Assembly: GCA_963666125.1 (NCBI GenBank)
Contig: OY762633.1
Coordinates: 2,050,935 to 2,114,934 of the forward strand
DNA from: Dehalococcoidia bacterium
GTDB lineage: Bacteria > Chloroflexota > Dehalococcoidia > Lucifugimonadales > CAJWER01
Length of the DNA: 64,000 bases
Direction: 5' to 3'
Part shown: positions 17,724 to 28,137 of the stretch, in pieces
How positions within the stretch are numbered: the stretch's first letter is position 1
Layout: every line of letters begins with the position of its first letter
Translations under genes and position numbers: made by a program
The notes under the pieces: generated by a model
Told to the model about the DNA's origin: nothing
Database searches by the model: none
Seen by the model: only the letters and a program-made list of their open reading frames with translations

Positions 17724-18374
17724 TTGGCTGAGCGAATATCATTGGGTATAACGCAACATCCGGTGTTCACCATCGGCCATTCCAACCATCCCCACGAGGC
17801 GTTCCTGTCGCTATTGCAAGAGCACGGCGTGGATGAGGTGGTGGACGTTCGCTCGTCGCCATCCAGCCGTTACATCTCTCACTTCAACTACGACGTCCTG
17901 GACAGGGCGCTGGAGAAAGCCGGAATCGGCTACGTGTTCATGGGTGGGGAGCTTGGCGGAAGGCCGTCGGACCGCTCGTGCTACGACTCGGATGGGCGCG
18001 TTCTCTATGACCGGCTGGCGGATACGGACATCTTCGACGGCGGTATCGGGCGCCTGATGCGCGACGCCGACGAGCGCCGCATCGTCCTGATGTGCTCCGA
18101 GAAGGAGCCGCTGGACTGCCACCGCGCCCTGCTGATCGCCAGGACGCTCACCGAGCGCGGCGTTGCCGTCGAGCACATCCTCTCCGACGGCAGCGTGGAA
18201 GACCACGATGAGGCCATGAACCGGTTGATGGACATATTCAGGCTGCCTCACCACGGGGACCTGTTCCGCTCCCGAGGCGAGGTGATCGCCGACGCCCTGA
18301 CCCGCCAGGCGACGAGAGTGGCTTACGTGGATAGACAGGCCGCTGGGGACGGAGACAGGGAGGCCCCATTTTGA
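17724..18374 (+). CDS. DUF488-family protein
   Basis: 216 aa; start uncertain (TTG 17724, TTG 17742 or GTG 17763). DUF488 signatures FTIGHSNH, VVDVRSSPSSRY, GIGYVFMGGELGGRP and MCSEKEPLDCHRALLIARTL. Confidence 0.85.
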   Translation: MAERISLGITQHPVFTIGHSNHPHEAFLSLLQEHGVDEVVDVRSSPSSRYISHFNYDVLDRALEKAGIGYVFMGGELGGRPSDRSCYDSDGRVLYDRLADTDIFDGGIGRLMRDADERRIVLMCSEKEPLDCHRALLIARTLTERGVAVEHILSDGSVEDHDEAMNRLMDIFRLPHHGDLFRSRGEVIADALTRQATRVAYVDRQAAGDGDREAPF

Positions 18375-18808
18375 AGGTGTACACGATAGGGTTCACGAAG
18401 AAGTCCGCGTCCGATTTCTTCGATCTGCTGCGGGAGTCGGGCACGAAGCGCCTGGTGGACGTCAGGCTCAACAACGTCTCGCAGCTGGCCGGCTTTGCCA
18501 AGAGGGACGACCTCAGGTACTTCCTCCAAGAGATCTGCCGCATAGAGTACGTTCACATGCCCGAGCTGGCTCCCACCAAGGAGATGCTGGACGCCTACCG
18601 CAACGAGCACCGCGATTGGGAGATCTACGAGCGTGAGTTCATCGACCTCATGGACGAGCGGCGCATCGGGAAGAAGGGGATCAGGAGGACGATCTCCAAC
18701 GCCTGCCTACTGTGCAGCGAGCACGAACCCGAGCACTGCCACCGTCGGCTGGTCGCGGAGTACCTCGACAGGCATTGGGGCAACGTAGAGATCGTCCACC
18801 TGCAGTAA
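18371..18808 (+). CDS. DUF488-family protein (short paralogue)
   Basis: 145 aa. TTG start in a TTGA overlap with the upstream stop; GTG 18377 is an alternative. Signatures VYTIGFTKKSA, LVDVRLNNVSQLAGF and LLCSEHEPEHCHRRLVAEYL. Confidence 0.85.
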   Translation: MKVYTIGFTKKSASDFFDLLRESGTKRLVDVRLNNVSQLAGFAKRDDLRYFLQEICRIEYVHMPELAPTKEMLDAYRNEHRDWEIYEREFIDLMDERRIGKKGIRRTISNACLLCSEHEPEHCHRRLVAEYLDRHWGNVEIVHLQ

Positions 18809-18815
18809 CCGACCT

Positions 18816-19946
18816 CTAGCGGTTGTCCACGTCGCTGGCCATGTTCTCGCCGCGTAGCTGGCGTGCGCGGATGTCGTAGCGGCCGGGGTAGCGGACGGGC
18901 AGGTGGCCTGACTCGACCATGAGGTCCAGGGGGTAGTCGCGAGTCTCCAGCGGCAGCCTGACGACCTCGTGCAGCCTGGCCGAGTCGTAGATGGCGCAGG
19001 CCATCTCGACCGCCTTGAAGCCGTGGGTCGCCTCGCCCCGGTGGGTCTCGCACTTCCCCTCGATCCAGTCGGCAAGCTCCTCCGCCTGGCGGGCGCAGCC
19101 CTCCAGGGACTCGTAGCCATCGTCGCCCGGCTGGGAGTACTTCCCCGGTGGCGTGAAGGTCTCCCACCTGCCGCCCGTGCTCTCGTTCATCAGGCGGTAG
19201 TGGTCCGGCCGCAGATCAACCATCCCGGCCGTGCCGTAGATGGTGCAGCCCTGGTAGTAGTCCGGCGTGAAGTCGCTGAGCAAGATACCCTCCGCGCCGC
19301 CCCTGAAGCCGAAGGCGCACACGGCCCTGTCCTCGATGCGCGTGTTCCGCTCGTACCTCTCCGTGCTGCGCTCGACGGTGCCCATCGCCCACTCGCAGTC
19401 GTCGTCGCCCAGGACGTACCGGAACATGTCGAACAGGTGGCTGGCCCAGTTCAGCAGGCCCGAGCCCGACACGGCCTTGACCAGCTCCACCTTCCCGATG
19501 GCCCTCGACGCGACCAGCTCGCGCACGGCCACGTAGGAGGGCAGGAAGCGCCGCTGGTGCCCGATGGCGAGCTTCACGTTGTGGCGGTCGCAGGCTATGA
19601 GCATCTGCTCCGCGTGGCCCAGATCCTCCGCCATCGGCTTCTCGCAGAGGATCGCCTTGGGGCGCCGCGCCGCCGCCGCGATGGTCCACTTGGCGTGGCC
19701 CTTGTGCCACGTGCCTATGGAGACGACGTCGAGTCCCTCGGCGTCGAGCATGGCGTTGGCGTCCGTGTAGTGCTTGGGGTGGTAGTCCTCGTGCTCCCCG
19801 AACCGGGCGTCGTAGTCCGCCATCGCCTGTGTGCTCAGGTCGGCCAGGGCCGCGATCTCGAACCTGCCGCAGGCCAGGTAGCCCGCCACGTGGCTGCCCG
19901 CCATCCCGCCGCATCCAATGACACCGACCTTCAGCTTGTTGCCCAT
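18816..19946 (-). CDS. Gfo/Idh/MocA-family oxidoreductase
   Basis: ORF 18816..20027. ATG 19946 is preceded by a GGAGGA RBS. N-terminal Rossmann motif KVGVIGCGGMAG; EKPMA motif. Confidence 0.85.
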   Translation of the reverse strand: MGNKLKVGVIGCGGMAGSHVAGYLACGRFEIAALADLSTQAMADYDARFGEHEDYHPKHYTDANAMLDAEGLDVVSIGTWHKGHAKWTIAAAARRPKAILCEKPMAEDLGHAEQMLIACDRHNVKLAIGHQRRFLPSYVAVRELVASRAIGKVELVKAVSGSGLLNWASHLFDMFRYVLGDDDCEWAMGTVERSTERYERNTRIEDRAVCAFGFRGGAEGILLSDFTPDYYQGCTIYGTAGMVDLRPDHYRLMNESTGGRWETFTPPGKYSQPGDDGYESLEGCARQAEELADWIEGKCETHRGEATHGFKAVEMACAIYDSARLHEVVRLPLETRDYPLDLMVESGHLPVRYPGRYDIRARQLRGENMASDVDNR

Positions 19947-20023
19947 GGCGTCTCCTCCGACATCAAAATCGCTCGGCTCGCTTTCATCCTCTACTGTTCG
20001 GCTTTTCCCGGACCCGCAGGGCT

Positions 20024-21019
20024 TCACGACTGCATCCTACCCGTGGCGCGGAGCAGGGTCTCCTGCACGAGGAGCTCGTGGTCCAGCGAGCGGTCGGGCG
20101 TCTTCTCGCCGCGGAGGCCCTTTACGAAGGCCTCGAGGCTCGCCACGTACCGCCTCCTGTCCTCGAGCTTGATCGTGGAGACGCCGGCAGGGAAGCTCCC
20201 CGACGGCTCGGCCAGGCACAGGCGCAGCGTGTCGGCGGGCTCGTACGGCTCCATGATGGCCGATCCCCGGTCGCCGTAGACCTCGTAGCGCCGCGCCGTG
20301 GGGTTCGGCTCCATGGCCGCTATGTCGATGGTCGCCATGGCCGACTCGTACTCGAAGACGGCGAGGCCGTTGTCGGTGAACCCCTCGACTGTCGACACGT
20401 CGCGCCGCATGAAGGACGTGACCCTGTCCGGCTTGCCCAGAATCCAGACGATCTGGTCCAGGACGTGGCCCGCCAGGTCGTAGAATACGCCGCCGGGGTG
20501 CACCGACAGCCTCCGGTGGGCGTCTTCAGCGATGGTGGTGGACATGTGGGCCCTGATCGCGAAGACGTGGCCCAGGAACCCCGACCTGGCCCATTCGGCG
20601 ATGCGCGAGAAGCCGTCGTGGTACCGGAACATGTAGCCAAGCTGGATGAGCAGGCCCCGCTCCCTGGCCTTGGCGACCACTCGCTGGAAGTGGGGGTAGT
20701 CGTCCCCCGCGGGCTTGTCGTAGAAGGCGTGCTTGCCCGCGTCGATGATCTCCTCGGTCTGGGCCAGGCTCTCGGCGTTCAACCCCTCGGAGGACACGGC
20801 GACGATGGTCGGGTCGTCGAGTATCTCCGCCTTGTCCAGCCACCGTACGGCGGACCAGGGAGTCGTATCGAGCCGCCGCAGTGCCTCGCGCCTCGCGGCG
20901 TCGGGCTCATGCACGCCGGCGACCTCCACGTCCGGGTTCTCCAGCATGACCTGGAGCACGCCCTCCGCGTGGCCGTGCTTCGTGCCGTACTGGGCCATCC
21001 TGATGGGGTCGTTGCTCAT
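20024..21019 (-). CDS. Gfo/Idh/MocA-family oxidoreductase
   Basis: ORF 20024..21058. ATG 21019 is preceded by an AGGAGG RBS. Contains IRMAQYGTKHGHA and FYDKPAG (EKP-like motif). Confidence 0.8.
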   Translation of the reverse strand: MSNDPIRMAQYGTKHGHAEGVLQVMLENPDVEVAGVHEPDAARREALRRLDTTPWSAVRWLDKAEILDDPTIVAVSSEGLNAESLAQTEEIIDAGKHAFYDKPAGDDYPHFQRVVAKARERGLLIQLGYMFRYHDGFSRIAEWARSGFLGHVFAIRAHMSTTIAEDAHRRLSVHPGGVFYDLAGHVLDQIVWILGKPDRVTSFMRRDVSTVEGFTDNGLAVFEYESAMATIDIAAMEPNPTARRYEVYGDRGSAIMEPYEPADTLRLCLAEPSGSFPAGVSTIKLEDRRRYVASLEAFVKGLRGEKTPDRSLDHELLVQETLLRATGRMQS

Positions 21020-21133
21020 GGCGGCGCCTCCTGCCGGGTGGTATGCTGACCGGCGCACATTCTACACGCACCCGGCCAACCCGGACACGCCATGCGCATA
21101 ACGGACGTTGAGGTAATGAGGCGCGGTAACGCG

Positions 21134-21167
21134 GAGAGGGCCCCGGGGTGATTCCCGGAGCCCTCTC
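21134..21167 (-). terminator. GC-rich stem-loop downstream of ftsZ
   Basis: GAGAGGGC(c)CCGG ... CCGG(a)GCCCTCTC, about 12 bp of pairing, 34 nt after the ftsZ stop. There is no clear U-tract, so intrinsic termination is only plausible. Confidence 0.45.
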
Positions 21168-21200
21168 GCCCGTAATCCAGTAGACGTATCCGAGGCGGCG

Positions 21201-22304
<1,104 letters not shown>

Positions 22305-22329
22305 TGGGCCTCCCCCTTTGTCTGCTATG

Positions 22330-23697
22330 TTATTTCGCCGCCCGGCGCTTTCCGAACAGGCCGAACATGTTTCGTATGCCGCTCTTGCTTCCATTCTCGT
22401 CTTCGGTGCGACGGCTCGAGGCAAACCCCGCGTCCACGGGCACCGGGCCGTCGTTGGCCGCGGCCCAGAGCAGCATGCCCACCCCCGTGGAGTAGGTAGC
22501 GCCCGAGAGCTCCTCGGGCAGGTCGCCAGCGCCTTCCGGCCTTCCCCTGCGTACTTGGACCGACGTGGTCCAGTGGGACAGGGTGTTTCGCATCAACACG
22601 TCCATTCCCGGCAGGGTGGACGCCCCGCCCGTCAGTACGATCCGCGACCGGGTCTCCTCGTCCAGGCCGGCCTTGTCCAGCTTCAGGCCTATCAGCTTGG
22701 CGATCTCCTGGGCACGCTGCCTGGTGAGATGGCTTATCTCATTGCCCCTGACCTTGAGGCTCATGTCCTGGCCCTTGACCGGAAACTCGAACTCTTCGTT
22801 CTCGAGGGTGGAGTAGAGCTCGGCGCTGCCGTAGCGGATCTTGGCGTCCTCGGCAGCCTCGTAGTAGGTGTTGAACATCATCGCGATGTCGTTCGTGAAC
22901 TGGAATCCGGCCACCGGGATGACGCCCGTGTAGCAGATCTGCCCGTCCTTGAAGGCAACCAGGTCCGTCGTGCCGCCGCCCATGTCGACCATGACGACGC
23001 CCTTCTCCTTCTCCTCCTCGGTCAGGACCGCCGTACCGCTGGCAATCGGCTCCATCACCATGCTGGCCAGCTTCACGCCGGCTAGCTCGACGGCCTGCTC
23101 CACCTTTTCGATCAGCTCCGACAGGCCAACCACGACGTGGGTCTCCACCTCGATGTTGTCGCTGTGCATCCCGATAGGATTGCGGATGCCCTCTTCGCCA
23201 TCGACGGAGAAGCTGGTTCGCACGGACTGTATCGTCTGGTGCTGAGGGTCTTTGACGCTGGCGAGAGACCTGGACGGCCCCGTCAGCGAGTCTGCCGTGA
23301 TCACGCCGGCGTCGCTGCTGGGGCTAATCCTGTCCCTCCTGTTCTGGAACGAGACGTGGGCGCCGGTGACGCCGACGAAGGCCGAGTCGATCCGGTAGCC
23401 GATCTCCTCCTCGACCTGCTCCACGGCCCTCCTGATGGCGTCGGCAGTGGCCCCCACGTCCGTCACGCTGCCCTTGCGGAGACCCTGCGACTGCACCGTC
23501 GCGTAGCCCATCACGTCTATGCCGCCCCTTGCGCCCTTGCGAGCGGTGATGACGCACACCTTCGTGGTGCCCACGTCTATTGCGGTCATCACGTCGGGCG
23601 TCGCGCGCCGGAGGACGCGCCCCGCTGCCGCCGGCCCCGCCGAACGGCTCATAGCCTCTACGTTAGCCTCACGCATTGCCACTGTGCTTGTCGCCAT
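22330..23697 (-). CDS. ftsA: Cell division protein FtsA
   Basis: 455 aa. Actin-fold motifs IDVGTTKVCV and DMGGGTTDLVAF. C-terminal amphipathic helix IRNMFGLFGKRR. ATG 23697 has an AAGGGAG RBS, implying an N-terminal extension of about 36 aa. Confidence 0.9.
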   Translation of the reverse strand: MATSTVAMREANVEAMSRSAGPAAAGRVLRRATPDVMTAIDVGTTKVCVITARKGARGGIDVMGYATVQSQGLRKGSVTDVGATADAIRRAVEQVEEEIGYRIDSAFVGVTGAHVSFQNRRDRISPSSDAGVITADSLTGPSRSLASVKDPQHQTIQSVRTSFSVDGEEGIRNPIGMHSDNIEVETHVVVGLSELIEKVEQAVELAGVKLASMVMEPIASGTAVLTEEEKEKGVVMVDMGGGTTDLVAFKDGQICYTGVIPVAGFQFTNDIAMMFNTYYEAAEDAKIRYGSAELYSTLENEEFEFPVKGQDMSLKVRGNEISHLTRQRAQEIAKLIGLKLDKAGLDEETRSRIVLTGGASTLPGMDVLMRNTLSHWTTSVQVRRGRPEGAGDLPEELSGATYSTGVGMLLWAAANDGPVPVDAGFASSRRTEDENGSKSGIRNMFGLFGKRRAAK

Positions 23698-23764
23698 CCA
23701 CTGTCTCCCTTCCGCTGGTATTCGCCGTCCTGTCGATATAACTGTCCGTCCGCCCTGCTTGCGC

Positions 23765-24682
23765 CTAGATGCGCTGGGCGGCCCTCAATTTCGCGCTACG
23801 GCTTCTTGGATTCGTCTCCATCTCCGAGCGCGAGGGCCTGATGACCCGCCTGTTGACCAGCCGGACCCTGGGCCGGTGGTCGCACGCACATGCCGGAGCC
23901 TCCGGCGGGCATATGCACGAGGACGATTCCCTGGCCAGCAGCCGCTTCACCAGCCGGTCCTCCAGGGAGTGGTAGCTGATGACCGCGAGCCTGCCCCCGG
24001 GGCGCAGTACCTCGATTGCCCCGTGCAAGCCCTGCTCGATAGCCTCCAGCTCTCCATTCGTCTCCATCCTGATGGCCTGGAAGGTCCTGGTCGCCGGGTG
24101 GGTCTGCCGCCGCGGCTGCCTTCCCATGCCTCTCCTTACGACCTCGGCAAGCTCGACGGTGTCTTCGACGGGCCGTGCCCGGACTATGGCCCGGGCGATC
24201 CTCCGCGACTTCGGCTCCTCGCCAAGCCGGTAGATCAGGTTCGCCAGGTCCTCCTCGCCGTACTCGTTCACGATCCGGTGCGCCGTGAGCTCCTGGCTCC
24301 TGTCGAAGCGCATGTCCAGGGGGCCGGGACGCAGGAAGCTGAATCCCCTGGCACCGCTCTCCACCTGGAGAGACGAGAGCCCGAGATCGAGCAATACCCC
24401 GTCCGCTGGCATGAAGCCGTTCATTTCGGCCAAGCGCTTCAACTCCCTATAGCTGCCCCGTACGAGGGTCACGCCCTCGCCGAGTCTCCGTTTCGCCGTC
24501 GTCAGGGCCTCTTCGTCTACGTCCAGCCCCAGCAACCTCGGCGCAGGATCCGCCGCCGCCCTTATTCCGGCGCCGTGGCCGCCCTCGCCGACGGTGCAGT
24601 CGATGTAATGGCCGCCGGACCTGACGTCCAGCGCGCTCACCACCTCCTCTACCATCACGGGAGTATGGTGGGGCTCCACCAT
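23765..24682 (-). CDS. rsmH: 16S rRNA (cytosine1402-N4)-methyltransferase RsmH
   Basis: ORF 23765..24769; ATG 24682 gives the usual N-terminus (MVEPHHTPVMVEEVVSAL). Motifs YIDCTVGEGGHG, DLGLSSLQ, GPLDMRFD and SYHSLEDRLVK. Confidence 0.9.
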   Translation of the reverse strand: MVEPHHTPVMVEEVVSALDVRSGGHYIDCTVGEGGHGAGIRAAADPAPRLLGLDVDEEALTTAKRRLGEGVTLVRGSYRELKRLAEMNGFMPADGVLLDLGLSSLQVESGARGFSFLRPGPLDMRFDRSQELTAHRIVNEYGEEDLANLIYRLGEEPKSRRIARAIVRARPVEDTVELAEVVRRGMGRQPRRQTHPATRTFQAIRMETNGELEAIEQGLHGAIEVLRPGGRLAVISYHSLEDRLVKRLLARESSSCICPPEAPACACDHRPRVRLVNRRVIRPSRSEMETNPRSRSAKLRAAQRI

Positions 24683-24896
24683 GCTCAGCGACCACCGCGC
24701 ATCTTCTATCCCGAACCTCACGGCCCTGGAGCCGTGATACACTAGCGCCAAACCCCGCCGGGACTGCACGCAGCCTCAGCAGGTGCCCGCGAGTGTGTCA
24801 AAGGGTCGAGAGGCGACGCAAGGCAAAACCAGACGGGGTTTAGGACTTTTTCGAAAATTCTCCCAGACTTGTCATCCGGCCTATGGAGGAGGTGGA

Positions 24897-25403
24897 ATGT
24901 CCGAAGGCCCGACCACATTCACCGTGGGGGTCCTCACCGTGAGCGACGCCGGGTCGAAGGGTGAACGCACGGATACGAGCGGCGACGCCGTCAGGGACAT
25001 CATGGAGTCGGAAGGGTTCGTCATGACCCTGCGCGACATCCTGCCAGACGAGGCGGACCTCGTGGCCGACAAGCTGCGGGAGTGGTGCGACGGCGGCGAG
25101 GTGGACGTGGTCCTGACGACCGGCGGGACCGGCCTTGGCCCCAGGGACGTCACTCCCGAGGCCACCCGGCGGGTCTTGGACTTCGAGGTTCCCGGCATCG
25201 CCGAGGCCATGCGGATGCAGACCCTGCGCCACACCCCTATGGCGATGCTGAGCCGGTCGGTGGCCGGCGTCAGGTCCGGCTGCCTGATCGTCAACCTGCC
25301 CGGCAGCCCGAAGGGCGTCGCGGAAACGCTGGACGTGGCGAGGGCTGCCATCCCCCACGCGCTCGAGATGATCCGGGGCTGGCGCACTCACCCGGTCAAG
25401 TAG
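24897..25403 (+). CDS. Molybdenum cofactor biosynthesis protein, MogA/MoaB family
   Basis: ATG 24897 follows a GGAGGAGG RBS (ORF 24783..25403). Motifs TVSDAGSKGERTDTSGD, VVLTTGGTGLGPRDVTPEAT and LPGSPKG. Confidence 0.85.
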   Translation: MSEGPTTFTVGVLTVSDAGSKGERTDTSGDAVRDIMESEGFVMTLRDILPDEADLVADKLREWCDGGEVDVVLTTGGTGLGPRDVTPEATRRVLDFEVPGIAEAMRMQTLRHTPMAMLSRSVAGVRSGCLIVNLPGSPKGVAETLDVARAAIPHALEMIRGWRTHPVK

Positions 25404-25418
25404 AAACAGGAGGCTGCC

Positions 25419-25748
25419 TTGACACAGACCCAGGCGTATCCCACACGGAGGAAAGTCCGCATCACCGTTCTCAAGAAGACCTTCAACCAGGACTTCGTCG
25501 ATGCCTACACCGAGGGGGTCGAGTGGAAGCCCAAGGGCTGCTGCCATGACTTCGAGGTGGGCCAGGAGTTCATTACCGACGGCGGCATGCCCGAGGGGTT
25601 CAGCGACTATGCGTGGGCCGACATCCATAAATACGTGATGGTGCTCGCCCGGGGCGGCAACATGGTCGGCGTCAAGCCTGGGACCTTCATCACGAGCTGC
25701 TCCGACGGCTTCAGGCCCGTCTTCTACCTGCTGGAGCGAATCGAGTAG
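25419..25748 (+). CDS. Small Cys-containing protein, TIGR04076-like
   Basis: 109 aa, TTG start after an [20 protein letters not shown] and [17 protein letters not shown] resemble the TIGR04076 family as I remember it. Confidence 0.55.
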   Translation: MTQTQAYPTRRKVRITVLKKTFNQDFVDAYTEGVEWKPKGCCHDFEVGQEFITDGGMPEGFSDYAWADIHKYVMVLARGGNMVGVKPGTFITSCSDGFRPVFYLLERIE

Positions 25749-25762
25749 GCCGGGGCGCGCCG

Positions 25763-26488
25763 TTGCAGTTCCACGTCCTTACCATCTTCCCCCGGATGTT
25801 CGAGAGCCCGTTCGCCGAGGGCATCATCAAGCGGGCGCGCGAGAAGGGCCTGGTCGAGCTGGACCTGGTCGACATCCGCGACTTCGCCCACGACCGGCAC
25901 CGGACCGTGGACGACTACCAGTTCGGCGGCGGCCCGGGCATGCTCATGAAGCCGGAGCCCCTGTTCGAGGCGGTGGAGTCCGCCAGGCCGCCCGACGCCG
26001 AGACACCCGTGATACTCCTGTCTCCCCAGGGCCGCACCCTGACCCAGGAGATCGTCGAGGAGCTCGCGGAGCTGGATGAGGTCGTGCTCATCTGCGGCCG
26101 CTACGAGGGCGTGGACGAGCGCGTCAGGCAGCACCTGGCGACCGACGATATTAGCATAGGCGACTACGTGCTGGGCGGCGGCGAGCTGGCCGCGATGGTC
26201 GTGATCGAGGCCGTATCAAGGCTCGCGGAGGGGGTGGTCGGCTCCTTCGAGTCGACGCAGGACGACTCGTTTACGACCGGCCTCCTCCAGCACCCCCAGT
26301 ACACGCGGCCGGCGGAGTTCCGGGGCTGGGAGACGCCCGAGGTCCTGAGGTCGGGCAACCACGAGGAGATTGCGCGGTGGCGCCGCAGGGAGGCGCTTCG
26401 CAGGACCTACGAGCGCAGGCCGGACCTGCTGGAGTCGGCCCCGCTCACCGCAGAGGACGACGCCTTCCTGGACACGCTGCGCCCCTGA
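25763..26488 (+). CDS. trmD: tRNA (guanine37-N1)-methyltransferase TrmD
   Basis: 241 aa. Motifs [39 protein letters not shown] and [24 protein letters not shown]. Confidence 0.93.
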   Translation: MQFHVLTIFPRMFESPFAEGIIKRAREKGLVELDLVDIRDFAHDRHRTVDDYQFGGGPGMLMKPEPLFEAVESARPPDAETPVILLSPQGRTLTQEIVEELAELDEVVLICGRYEGVDERVRQHLATDDISIGDYVLGGGELAAMVVIEAVSRLAEGVVGSFESTQDDSFTTGLLQHPQYTRPAEFRGWETPEVLRSGNHEEIARWRRREALRRTYERRPDLLESAPLTAEDDAFLDTLRP

Positions 26489-26499
26489 CGCACGACCGG

Positions 26500-27996
26500 C
26501 TACGAGCCTGCCGCGGCGCTCTCCGCAGCCATCCGCTCGGCCTCCCTGCCCTCGCATATCTCGTCCAGGTCGCGCAGGAACGCCTCGCTCCACGCCTCGG
26601 CCGTCTGGGTCTGCACGTCGGCGATCAGCGACCGCCAGCGGCGCACCCGCTCCCGCCGCGACATGTTCAGGGCACGGTAGATTGCCGCCGCCGTGGACTC
26701 GATGTCGTACGGGTTGACGAGTATCGCGTCTTTCATCGAGTCGGCCGCCCCGCAGAACCTGGACAGGACGACCGCCCCGGGGTCGTTCGCCTCCTGGGAC
26801 GCGACGTACTCCTTGACGACGAGGTTCATCCCGTCGCGCAGTGGAGTCACCACGCAGACGTCCGCCCGCCTGAAGAAGGACACGAGCTCCGTCTGGGGGT
26901 AGGACCTGTAGAGGTAGCGGATGGGCGTCCAGTCGGCCTCGGCGAACCTCCCGTTCACCTGGCCCACGAGCTGGTCGACCTGCCGCCGCTCGTTGACGTA
27001 CTCGGGAACCCTGGTCCGCGAGGGTGCAGATACCTGGATGACGGAGACGTTGCCGCGCAGGGTCGGGTAGTGGTCCAGCAGGTATTCGAATATCCGCAGG
27101 CGCTGGACGATGCCCTTGGTGTAGTCGAGGCGGTCGACGCTCAGCACGAACTTGTGGCCCTCGGGAGCGCCGCCGACGGTTTGCTCGGCGGCTCGGCGGT
27201 CCACCCGCTCGGCCATTCCCCTGATACCCTCGAAGTCCGTGCCGATCGGGTGCACCCGTATCGTCAGCGACCTGTCCCTGTACCTGAACGTGTCGCCAAT
27301 GACCATGCCCGGGACCTCGGTGGAGAGGCTGTCGAACAGGTTGCGGGCGTACCGTCTCGTATGTACGCCCACCAGGTCGTATTCGAGGATCGAATCGAGC
27401 AGATCCGACGCCCAGGGCAGCAGTCCGAACACCTCGGCGGGCGGGATTGGAGTGTGCAGGAACCACGCCAGCTCCCCGGTCCATCCGAGGCGTCTCAGCT
27501 CGCGCCCCAGCGGCATGAGGTGGTGGTCGTGCACCCAGACGACGTCGTCCTCCCGGAGGAGCGACATCACGATCTCGGCAAACCGCCGGTTGGTCCGCAT
27601 GTAGCCCCGGTGGTAGTCGTGCCGGACCGCCATCTTGTCGGGGAAGCTGTGGAGGAGGGGCCAGAGCGTGCGGTTCGAGAAGCCGTTGTAGAAGAGGCGC
27701 ACCTCGCTCTGGGCCAGGTCGAAGGACGCGAGATCGATGCCGCGCACGTTCGTGCGGTCGGGGACGTTGCCCGGCTGGCCGTCCGACGTGCTGCCGCTCC
27801 AGCCCACCCACAACGCCTGCCTTCTCTCCAGGGGAGCGCGGAGGGCGACTACGAGCCCTCCAACGGGCGCTACACGGGCTTCCTGCTCATCCGCGGGTGC
27901 CTCGACGTGAGGCAGGCGGTTCGATACGACTACCAGGCGCCGCTCTCTCTCGATCCCACACCTCCTCGCGGACCCTCGCAGCCCGCACCGGCACAT
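26500..27996 (-). CDS. otsA: Trehalose-6-phosphate synthase (GT20), OtsA
   Basis: ORF 26500..28026 (TTG). ATG 27996 is the alternative I list; the start is uncertain. Motifs RLVVVSNRLP, LWVGWSG, FYNGFSNRTLWPLLH, VWVHDHHLMPL and PLRDGMNLVVKEY. Confidence 0.88.
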   Translation of the reverse strand: MCRCGLRGSARRCGIERERRLVVVSNRLPHVEAPADEQEARVAPVGGLVVALRAPLERRQALWVGWSGSTSDGQPGNVPDRTNVRGIDLASFDLAQSEVRLFYNGFSNRTLWPLLHSFPDKMAVRHDYHRGYMRTNRRFAEIVMSLLREDDVVWVHDHHLMPLGRELRRLGWTGELAWFLHTPIPPAEVFGLLPWASDLLDSILEYDLVGVHTRRYARNLFDSLSTEVPGMVIGDTFRYRDRSLTIRVHPIGTDFEGIRGMAERVDRRAAEQTVGGAPEGHKFVLSVDRLDYTKGIVQRLRIFEYLLDHYPTLRGNVSVIQVSAPSRTRVPEYVNERRQVDQLVGQVNGRFAEADWTPIRYLYRSYPQTELVSFFRRADVCVVTPLRDGMNLVVKEYVASQEANDPGAVVLSRFCGAADSMKDAILVNPYDIESTAAAIYRALNMSRRERVRRWRSLIADVQTQTAEAWSEAFLRDLDEICEGREAERMAAESAAAGS

Positions 27997-28137
27997 CCTT
28001 ATCCTACCCAACGGACACACCGCCAAGCAACAGCGTGTACTCGCCTCCGCGTCCCCCTCCAGGCGAAACCCTTGACCGCCGATTCCAGGCCGTTATAGGC
28101 TCCCATCTGCCCACGTGCTGAGGAACCGGATGTCGTC

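Noticed and set aside
16984-18808. Whether the lower-GC segments (the DUF488 trio, and the Fic region 51385-52750) are prophage or integrative-element remnants.
   Set aside because: No integrase, transposase, tRNA target or flanking direct repeats could be found by eye. Horizontal origin remains only a compositional impression and is treated as inference in the findings.
24683-24896. A possible Moco riboswitch or structured leader upstream of the MogA/MoaB-like gene. AAACCCCG at about 24771 can pair with CGGGGTTT at about 24833, and there are AAAGGG and GCCCGCGAG elements.
   Set aside because: The order and spacing of the elements do not match what I remember of the Moco motif, and the region also has to hold the divergent rsmH promoter. 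A covariance-model search (Rfam Moco RNA motif) would decide. Without it I do not call this a feature.
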